From the NCBI GenBank assembly GCA_002482775.1, contig DLGQ01000079.1, positions 29,149 through 93,148 on the forward strand: a stretch of DNA of 64,000 nt, in the 5' to 3' direction. The notes beneath the pieces were generated by a model that was given only the letters and a program-made list of their open reading frames with translations, had not been told where the DNA came from and ran no database searches. This document shows, piece after piece, positions 57,301-64,000 of the stretch (positions are counted from its first letter, which is position 1; every line of letters begins with the position of its first letter). The position numbers and the translations under genes were made by a program. This stretch comes from Flavobacteriales bacterium UBA7690. Lineage in GTDB: Bacteria; Bacteroidota; Bacteroidia; Flavobacteriales_F; PHOS-HE28.

Positions 57301-60300
57301 TCAGCGGATGGAATAGGAGAGCGTGAGCAGGTACTCGGTGCCGAACGCGAAACGGTCGAAGTCACCCACATAGCCATCGGCGAAACGGTAGGTCCGGCGG
57401 ATCGGGGAGTTCAAGGCATCGCGCACACGGAACGTGGTGTTCCAGTGTTCCCCCCAGCGCTTGTTCACCGTAACATCGATCACATGCCGTGGCATTTCGT
57501 AGGCGCGTATGCCGGTGGGGTCCAATTCGGCATTGCTCACGGCGAGCTTTGGCCCTTGCACGTTGTAGGACACGCTCACGTCCATCTTCAAACTGTCGAA
57601 TGCGTAGGTGAGCGTGCTGTTCACGATGTAGGGCGCTTGGCCGAACATGGGTGTCTTGTAGTCAACGCGCTGGTCGTCCAGGATCACGAAGAGTTCGCTT
57701 TCGGAATCCATCAACGTGAGGTTCCCGCGCCATTCCAACGGCCGGAAGAGCTTCACACGGCCTTCCAGCTCCGCACCCACCACCCGTGATCGGGCAGCAT
57801 TGCGCCACGTGAACCCCCCTTGCGCGGTCTGCAACAATTCGATGTGGTTGGTGAAGTATTTGTAGAAGCCACTGATGGAGATGTTCGCGGCATTGCCATA
57901 GTAACGTTCCAGCCGCAGATCGAGATTCTCTACACGCGTCATCTCCAATTCCGGATTTCCATAGACCGGTGCCTGCAACTGGTAATCGTAGTACTGCACC
58001 ACCGAGAATTCCCGGAAGCTCGGGCGGCTGAGCGAACGGAAATACGAGGCACGTAGGTTGATCGGCTTCACCTCATCGTCGCGAAGTTTCCAGATCAAGT
58101 TCACGCTAGGCAACAGATCCCACTGTGCGATGGTGCCCGGTACCGCTGGTTTCGGTTCCGGTGAACTTGATCCACCAACGGAAAGGTCTCCGACGGTGCC
58201 GCGCGACGGGTCATCAGCCGCTAACCCATCGGTGTAGTACTGGTAGATGTCGCTGATCAACGAAGTGTGTTCGGCACGCACGCCTCCTGCAACACGGAAT
58301 TTCTTGGTGATCGCGTAGTCTGCCATCAAGTACCCAGCGCTCACATCCAGGATCCCGATGTCGTTGTCCTTGAAGGATCCGAAGGGCGTGTAGAGACTGC
58401 TGAACCGCCCATCGGGCCGCATGCTGAAGCGGCCGGGCTCCGCCCATTGTGTAGGACCTGGAGCACCCATCACCACGTAGTACTTCTGGTCGTTGCGGCG
58501 TTCGTTCGTGCGGTACGATCCACCGAACTTCAACGTGCGCTGCTTGTTCGGCTCGTCCAACGGTAGTTCGCAACCCAGTCTGGCATCCATCACCTGTTCG
58601 TTCAAGAAGCGATAGATCCGTCCCGGTGGACGTAGTGCACCATCCACGTCCGTGATCGGTTGCCCGTCAGGCGGCTTCACGTACTGCACTACCATCAGGT
58701 CCAGTAGATCGCGTTGGCCATCGGAATAGGAGAGGTCCGCGTTCACCGTCAATTGGATAGCGGGGATGAAGTGCTTTGAGCCATACTGGAACACCCACAG
58801 CTTGCGTTGCTCCCAGAATTGTTCTTCGGAGATGAAGGTCTCGCCGCTCACCGTGGGATCCAGAAAGGTGAGGTAGCGCGCATTGTTCTGGCCCAGTATG
58901 TTTCCCATGGCCAGCAGGGAGAAGCTGTTGTTCCGGTTCAGCTTGAAGGAGATGTTGCCCAACGCGTTGTAACCGGAAGAAACCACGCTAACGCGCTGTT
59001 CGCCTTTGCGGTTGAACGCATCACCGGGTGTCTCGTCCTCGTATCGTTCAATGGTGCGGAGGATGGTGGACCGTTCATCGTTCTGCGTTTCCGTGGCGTA
59101 GCGCAAGCCGAAGAGGAAGCCGAGCTGCTTGGGTTTCCCCGATGCCTTGAATAGATCCAACTGGTTGCCGATCGTGAACGAGATGTTGTAGTTCGGGCTG
59201 CCTTGCGCGGTACCGACACGCCAACGGCTATTGTCCCAAGCTTTGTTCAATGTGGCCAGATCACCGTTCAGGCGTGGCGAGAAATAGGCGAGATCGTAAG
59301 TGTTGTTGTAGGCGCTCACGGCTGAAGCGGCAGCGTTCTGGTCGTGGATCAAGGCTGGTGCCAACAGGCCCAGATCGACCAACGGTAACACGTGCAACAC
59401 ACTGCCAGCGGACAACGTGGTGGTGTTGAACCCGGGTGTGGAAGCGGTGATGCCGAACTGCGTCAAGGTGTTGCCTAGGCCCAGCAGCCCCAGCTGTTCG
59501 TATACCGTGGGGTTCTGGAACACCGGATAGTCCTCCACGGCGTCCGGCACACCGGTGGGGATGGCGCGCAACCCATCGTCGCGACCCAGCCTGTCCGTGC
59601 TGCTGGTCGCCGCGCTAACGATCTCCTGGAACGAGCTGTTCGGGTTGTAGCCAACGGTGGTGGCGACGCTCACGGTCAGGCGCGGCGGATAGTCGCTCGT
59701 GTTCATGCTGAGGTACGCACCCGCCCAATCCGCTGGCAGGTCCGGCGTCAGCGTTTTGGTGATCACGATGTTGTCCATCAACCCGGTGGGGAAGAGATCC
59801 AGGCGAAGGTTGTTGGTGAACGGGTCCAACGTGGGCACACGACCACCGTTGATGCCCGTGACCAGGTAACGGTCGGCCAAACCGCGCACCGTGACGAACG
59901 CACCCACCGTGCTCACGCCACTGATCCTGCGAACAGCAGCCGCGGCGTCGGCATCGCCGGTCTTCAACATCGCATCGCGCGAAATGAAATCAAGCGCCGT
60001 GGCCGAGTTGATCTTCATTCGATCCAAATGGACATCACTTCCCCGCCGCGCTTTGCCTTCCACCTCGAAGACCTTCAACTCCACACTGTTGTCCTTCAGC
60101 ACTACATCCAATACCACCACCGCTTCGCCGGGCTGTACGACATGCTCCTGGGGTGTGAGCCCGATGAAGGAGTACACCAAGGTGACCGGTCCCGACCGAT
60201 CGAGCGTCAAGGAATAGGCACCATCCAGATCGGTCACCGTCCCTTGTCCGGGAGTGTCCTTCACCACCACGTTCGCACCGATCACACTGAGCCCGCTCAC

Positions 60301-60396
60301 ATCCGTCACCCTTCCGCGCACGGTGTATTGTGCATGCGCGTAGGAACAAACAACGGCCAAGGTGGCCGTCAGAAACAGGTGGTTCACGAAGCGCAT
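57301..60396 (-). CDS. TonB-dependent receptor with an N-terminal carboxypeptidase-regulatory-like domain
   Basis: YTVRGRVTDVSGLSVIGANVVVKDTPGQGTVTDLDGAYSL, then a plug domain, a beta-barrel and a terminal ...TLSYSIR. The start is the ATG at 60396 (the track start is GTG). Confidence 0.9.
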   Translation of the reverse strand: MRFVNHLFLTATLAVVCSYAHAQYTVRGRVTDVSGLSVIGANVVVKDTPGQGTVTDLDGAYSLTLDRSGPVTLVYSFIGLTPQEHVVQPGEAVVVLDVVLKDNSVELKVFEVEGKARRGSDVHLDRMKINSATALDFISRDAMLKTGDADAAAAVRRISGVSTVGAFVTVRGLADRYLVTGINGGRVPTLDPFTNNLRLDLFPTGLMDNIVITKTLTPDLPADWAGAYLSMNTSDYPPRLTVSVATTVGYNPNSSFQEIVSAATSSTDRLGRDDGLRAIPTGVPDAVEDYPVFQNPTVYEQLGLLGLGNTLTQFGITASTPGFNTTTLSAGSVLHVLPLVDLGLLAPALIHDQNAAASAVSAYNNTYDLAYFSPRLNGDLATLNKAWDNSRWRVGTAQGSPNYNISFTIGNQLDLFKASGKPKQLGFLFGLRYATETQNDERSTILRTIERYEDETPGDAFNRKGEQRVSVVSSGYNALGNISFKLNRNNSFSLLAMGNILGQNNARYLTFLDPTVSGETFISEEQFWEQRKLWVFQYGSKHFIPAIQLTVNADLSYSDGQRDLLDLMVVQYVKPPDGQPITDVDGALRPPGRIYRFLNEQVMDARLGCELPLDEPNKQRTLKFGGSYRTNERRNDQKYYVVMGAPGPTQWAEPGRFSMRPDGRFSSLYTPFGSFKDNDIGILDVSAGYLMADYAITKKFRVAGGVRAEHTSLISDIYQYYTDGLAADDPSRGTVGDLSVGGSSSPEPKPAVPGTIAQWDLLPSVNLIWKLRDDEVKPINLRASYFRSLSRPSFREFSVVQYYDYQLQAPVYGNPELEMTRVENLDLRLERYYGNAANISISGFYKYFTNHIELLQTAQGGFTWRNAARSRVVGAELEGRVKLFRPLEWRGNLTLMDSESELFVILDDQRVDYKTPMFGQAPYIVNSTLTYAFDSLKMDVSVSYNVQGPKLAVSNAELDPTGIRAYEMPRHVIDVTVNKRWGEHWNTTFRVRDALNSPIRRTYRFADGYVGDFDRFAFGTEYLLTLSYSIR

Positions 60397-60599
60397 CAGG
60401 GCCACAAATGTTTCCTGTGGCGCCCATCCCGGTGTTACGGCCGGTTCATGCTTGATCTATTTCTACCAGACCAGAATGCTAATACACCGCTGGCCCATCG
60501 TGTAGGGGATATGCTGGCTTCACCCTGTGGTAGCAAACCTTGGGTTCTGTAGTGGTGCTTTCCAGCAACGCCATCCGGAACGGACCATCCATGGTTTAC

Positions 60600-61067
60600 T
60601 TACGCGAATCCGCCACGGATCACTTTGGCAACGGCCTCGGCACTGTTGTGAACGTTCAATTTGGTATAGATGCGCTTCATGTGGGTACGCACCGTTTCCA
60701 GACTGATCGCCAGTTCGCTGGAGATCATTTTGTAGCTGAAGCCATCAACCAACAAGCGGGCGACCGCCTGCTCCCTATCGCTCAGGTCGATCTCCGGCCG
60801 GTCTTTCGGATCGGGGTGTGCAAGATGTACCAGCACTTTCGTGAACCGGTGGTCGTTGGTGACATCCGGGAGTGCCCCCAAGGACTTGATCAAGGCTCGC
60901 AGTTGTGGTGTGCTTTCCAGATCGACCATGTAACCAATGGCGGGCCCAGGTCTATCATCCGTGGTCTTGGGTGATCTCCCCACTGTTGGTATGATGGCGA
61001 TGAGAACGGGAGGCTCTTCCCGGACCGAAGGTGTGACTTGCAACATGATGGCGGTTTTGTGTACCAT
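60600..61067 (-). CDS. LuxR-type HTH transcriptional regulator with a non-canonical N-terminal part
   Basis: C-terminal LSDREQAVARLLVDGFSYKMISSELAISLETVRTHMKRIYTKLNVHN. I could not recognise a receiver Asp pocket in the N-terminal roughly 90 aa. The start is uncertain (61067 or 61046). Confidence 0.65.
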   Translation of the reverse strand: MVHKTAIMLQVTPSVREEPPVLIAIIPTVGRSPKTTDDRPGPAIGYMVDLESTPQLRALIKSLGALPDVTNDHRFTKVLVHLAHPDPKDRPEIDLSDREQAVARLLVDGFSYKMISSELAISLETVRTHMKRIYTKLNVHNSAEAVAKVIRGGFA

Positions 61068-61238
61068 CGGTCCAGATCGGGAATGTGAACAGTGTTTCAC
61101 TTCCCAGTGCGCGATCGTTCACATTGCCAGAGCGGTTCCGATGTGGGGCTATGGAGGACATTTCACCCTACGGGATGGCGCAGCCTGAACTTTCGCCGTA
61201 TCATCGTATTCCGTACGACGAAAGCGAGCACTCTCCCC

Positions 61239-61814
61239 GTGGGTCGCGCACTCTCCGATACCACCACCGGACCAGCCTGGGTCAAAGGTCTTCTCAGCAA
61301 CGACCCTGGGATGCTGCGCAGCCTGTATGCCGAACATTTTCCCACGGTGCGGGCCATGGTCCTGCAGAACAGCGGCTCTGCCAACGACGCGCAGGACATC
61401 TTCCAGGAGGCCATCTCCGTGCTTTGGCTCAGTGTGAAGGAGGGGCGCATCATCCCCGAAGTGGATCCCGGCGGATACCTCTATCGGGTGGCCAAGAACA
61501 AATGGCTCGATACCGTTCGTTCAGCAGCGCACAAACACATGAAAGTGGTACACGATGAACGCACACTGGAACGGCCCAGCGATGTTCCCGACGACATCGA
61601 AGAGCGGATCGTGCGGTTGCGCGGCGTGTACGAAAAGCTGGATGAGAAGTGCCGCACCGTGCTGGACCGGTTCTACTTCGAACGCAAGGATCTCTCCACC
61701 ATCGCCGAAGAGTTGGGGGTGGAAGAGGAAAGCATGCGGACCATCAAATACCGCTGTATGATGAAGCTGCGCGCATTCCGCAACGTTATCCGCGGTGAAG
61801 AGCATGAAGTGTGA
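61239..61814 (+). CDS. ECF-type RNA polymerase sigma-70 factor
   Basis: Region 2 (DAQDIFQEAISVLW...YLYRVAKNKWLD) and region 4 (CRTVLDRFYFERKDLSTIAEELGVEEESMRTIKYRCMMKLR). The start is proposed as the GTG at 61239; there is no in-frame ATG upstream of region 2 other than 61311. Confidence 0.75.
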   Translation: MGRALSDTTTGPAWVKGLLSNDPGMLRSLYAEHFPTVRAMVLQNSGSANDAQDIFQEAISVLWLSVKEGRIIPEVDPGGYLYRVAKNKWLDTVRSAAHKHMKVVHDERTLERPSDVPDDIEERIVRLRGVYEKLDEKCRTVLDRFYFERKDLSTIAEELGVEEESMRTIKYRCMMKLRAFRNVIRGEEHEV

Positions 61815-62542
61815 TGAGTAAAGCACCGCTCGATAAAGCCACCTTCGAGGCCATTGAAGCCTACGTGCTCGATCGCATGAGCGCCACCGAGCGCGGTGCC
61901 TTTGAGCAACGACTGGTCCTTGAACCTGATCTGCGCGCTGAATTGGAATTGGGACGTGAGCATATCCGCGCCGTGGAACTCGGGGGGCTCACACGCACCC
62001 TGCGCACCATAGCTGAGCAAGAGAATGCATCCGGATCGCAAGGAGGATCTGGTTGGGGCCGCTATATCGCCTATGCAGCATCCATCGCTTTGCTGGTTTC
62101 CGTAGCGATCTGGTGGGCCACACGACCACCGCTGAACGAACGCTTGTACGCTGCGCACTTCACACCCGACCCCGGATTGCCCGTGGCCATGAGCGCCACC
62201 GATGATCACGTTTTCGCCGATGCCATGGTCTACTACAAGGAAGGCCGATACGGTGAAGCGGCACAACGGTGGGCGCCCTTGCTGCAACAGGATCCTTCCA
62301 ACGACACCCTGCTGTACTACACCGCGATGGTCGAACTCGTGAACGGTGATGCGGGTAGCGCGATGGCCCGGTTGGCCAGCGTTTCGGATGGATCATCCAC
62401 GTTCAAAAGCCGCGCCCGGTGGTACCTGTTCCTGATCCACGTGAAACGGAACGAGATCGAACAAGCGCGTGCCCTCCAACTAGGAACGGACACCATGTAC
62501 GGCGAACGTGCGCTGCGGATCCTTTCCCAACTCGGTGAGTGA
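61814..62542 (+). CDS. Anti-sigma-factor-like membrane protein with a TPR-like C-terminal part
   Basis: TGATG overlap with the sigma gene stop. N-terminal zinc-finger-less anti-sigma-like helix region, one TM segment (YAASIALLVSVAIWW) and a periplasmic helical repeat region. Confidence 0.55.
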   Translation: MSKAPLDKATFEAIEAYVLDRMSATERGAFEQRLVLEPDLRAELELGREHIRAVELGGLTRTLRTIAEQENASGSQGGSGWGRYIAYAASIALLVSVAIWWATRPPLNERLYAAHFTPDPGLPVAMSATDDHVFADAMVYYKEGRYGEAAQRWAPLLQQDPSNDTLLYYTAMVELVNGDAGSAMARLASVSDGSSTFKSRARWYLFLIHVKRNEIEQARALQLGTDTMYGERALRILSQLGE

Positions 62543-64000
62543 TGCGTGCCTTGTGCGCACTGGTCGCGGTATTGGGGTTCGTCGCAACGGCCAAGCCACA
62601 GCGGACAGCGCAGCTCGATGCGCGCCACGAACACATCAGTGGGCTGTACGATGAACAGCAGTACGCCGCGTTGATCCGCGAGATCGATCTTCAGATCACC
62701 GCTTCCACCGGCACCGCCTACGCGGATTCGTTGCACCGCTACCTCTACAAGTACGGCCGCGCACACCGCAAGCTGAAGGATGCCAAAGCCAGTGTGGAGG
62801 CTGCGGAACGGATCTACTCGCTCGTGAAGGAGCGCGGGAACGCGGCCAACGAATTGGACGCACTGCTAGACCTGAGCTGGATCTATTACGACGTGGGCGA
62901 ATTGCTCCAATGCGCGCGCGTGGACTCGATCGCCGTGAAGGTGGCCGACAGTGATCGCGATATTCCACTGGCGCAAAAAGGCCGTGCGCGGCAATACCTC
63001 GCCTTCGACCATTCCGTGATCGGCGACCACCGACGTTCGGCCTATTGGGCACACGAGGCACTGGCCATCTACGCCCTTGCAGACTCCATTCCGCCTGCGC
63101 AATGGGCCGAGTCGTACACCGCGGCGGGTGTAGCAGCGTGGCACCTAGGGCGGATAAGGGAAGCGGAGCAACACTACATCAAGGCCTTGGCCGTGCTGGG
63201 GGATGCCACCGACGAAGCCAGCCTCAACCGCAAGATCTCCACGAACGGCAACCTCGGTGTGCTCTGGCAAAGCGCCGGTGATCTGGCACGGTCCAAGGAA
63301 TATTACCAAGAAGGCTTGCGCTATTGCGATCGTCTGATCAATACCACTACCGATCAATTCACGCGCGACGAAGCCGTGGTGGCGCGTTCTCGAACGTACC
63401 TCAACATCGCCACCGTGTTCTTTGAAGGGGGCGACGAAGGCCGCGCGCGCGAACTGCTGGAACTCGCATGGAAGGATCGCAGCAGTGTGCTGGAGGCCGA
63501 TGACCCCCAGTTGCTCACTATCCGTGATCGTATGGCCGATCTGGAACTTGCCAATGGATCCTTGCACAAAGCCCGCGAACTGGTGGCTTCCTACCTCGTG
63601 CAATGTGAGCGCAAATGGGGCAAGCGCAGCGAGGAATATGTGGGTGCGTGTTCCAAACTCGGCGAGATCGAAACGCGGCTGGGCAACCACGCAGTGGCGG
63701 ATTCGCTGTTGCGCATCAGTATCGAGGCGGGACGCGCCGTGATGGACAGCCGCACCGATGTTATCCTGGTGCGAACCTATCAACGTCGTGCCTATCTCAG
63801 TTCAGTACGCGGCCACTACAACGAGGCGATCACCGATCTGCTGCAAGCACGCGAGGTGATGGTGAACATACACGATAGCACCCACTTCAAAGTGGCGTCC
63901 ATCGATGTGTTGATCGCTGAAGCGGCGTTCCTTTCCGGTGATATCGACCGCGCCCGGAAACACGCTGTTCTGGCACTCGCCAAGGTGAACGATCGTGTGG
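62542..64000 (+). CDS. TPR-repeat protein (N-terminal part; likely the TPR arm of a CHAT-type protein), which runs off the right edge
   Basis: The frame is open from the ATG at 62542 (TGATG overlap with the upstream stop) to the window end. It is not in the ORF track because no stop is reached. Signal-like MRALCALVAVLGFVATA and repeated TPR_12-like units. Confidence 0.7.
   Translation, partial: MRALCALVAVLGFVATAKPQRTAQLDARHEHISGLYDEQQYAALIREIDLQITASTGTAYADSLHRYLYKYGRAHRKLKDAKASVEAAERIYSLVKERGNAANELDALLDLSWIYYDVGELLQCARVDSIAVKVADSDRDIPLAQKGRARQYLAFDHSVIGDHRRSAYWAHEALAIYALADSIPPAQWAESYTAAGVAAWHLGRIREAEQHYIKALAVLGDATDEASLNRKISTNGNLGVLWQSAGDLARSKEYYQEGLRYCDRLINTTTDQFTRDEAVVARSRTYLNIATVFFEGGDEGRARELLELAWKDRSSVLEADDPQLLTIRDRMADLELANGSLHKARELVASYLVQCERKWGKRSEEYVGACSKLGEIETRLGNHAVADSLLRISIEAGRAVMDSRTDVILVRTYQRRAYLSSVRGHYNEAITDLLQAREVMVNIHDSTHFKVASIDVLIAEAAFLSGDIDRARKHAVLALAKVNDRV

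Noticed and set aside
63145-63783. 212-aa minus-strand ORF near the right edge
   Set aside because: It lies antisense to the open TPR reading frame that starts at 62542 and continues past the window end. The TPR frame is translationally coupled to the upstream gene.

Overview
This is a high-G+C chromosomal segment that looks like Bacteroidota. The evidence is T9SS type-A and type-B C-terminal sorting domains, an MSEP-CTERM/exosortase pair, a TonB-dependent receptor and TTTG-type promoter boxes. I support about 60 protein genes and found no rRNA, tRNA or CRISPR array. The ORF track renders TTG/GTG starts as M, so several starts were trimmed to the first sensible ATG, each checked in the sequence.

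Gene blocks, left to right:
- 1-2.8 kb: a MarR / RND adaptor / RND pump operon and a bestrophin-like channel.
- 4.8-6.7 kb: a T9SS type-B PKD protein.
- 7-9 kb: an SDR and Tat-exported aldo-keto reductase operon.
- 9.3-13.5 kb: a five-gene operon that looks lower in G+C by eye. It has a LexA/UmuD-type S24 repressor followed by a complete Type III CBASS (CD-NTase, HORMA, TRIP13, NucC) and a small orphan ORF.
- 13.7-18 kb: an AraC regulator, a small ORF, a DUF2130 nuclease-like gene and a zinc alcohol dehydrogenase.
- 18-22.7 kb: an FtsX/MacB permease, a Tat-signal ankyrin protein and Hsp20.
- 22.9-26.2 kb: a decayed mosaic of a TetR pseudogene, a Cys-rich protein, a truncated isocitrate dehydrogenase pseudogene and an intact TetR.
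- 26-32.5 kb: housekeeping and envelope genes (TPR, SPFH, LRR, MscS-like, pyrC, SbtA-like).
- 32.6-37 kb: an ABC-HlyD-TolC type I secretion trio whose ATPase motifs look degenerate.
- 37-43.3 kb: an AlkC/AlkD-like repair protein, an MSEP-CTERM protein with its exosortase, a GNAT and a desaturase.
- 43.3-60.4 kb: a minus-strand surface-protein cluster. It holds CotH, DUF4139, a 1323-aa T9SS protein with ten 46-aa tandem repeats, a beta-helix protein, three further paralogs sharing one N-terminal domain, a decayed IS630-like ORF and a TonB-dependent receptor.
- 60.6-64 kb: LuxR-type, ECF sigma, anti-sigma-like and TPR genes.

Non-coding structure:
- A 37-nt direct-repeat operator plus promoter module occurs three times with identical geometry.
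- A roughly 90-135-nt intergenic repeat family occurs four times. Its hairpins carry compensatory changes, and two copies bracket the CBASS island in inverted orientation.
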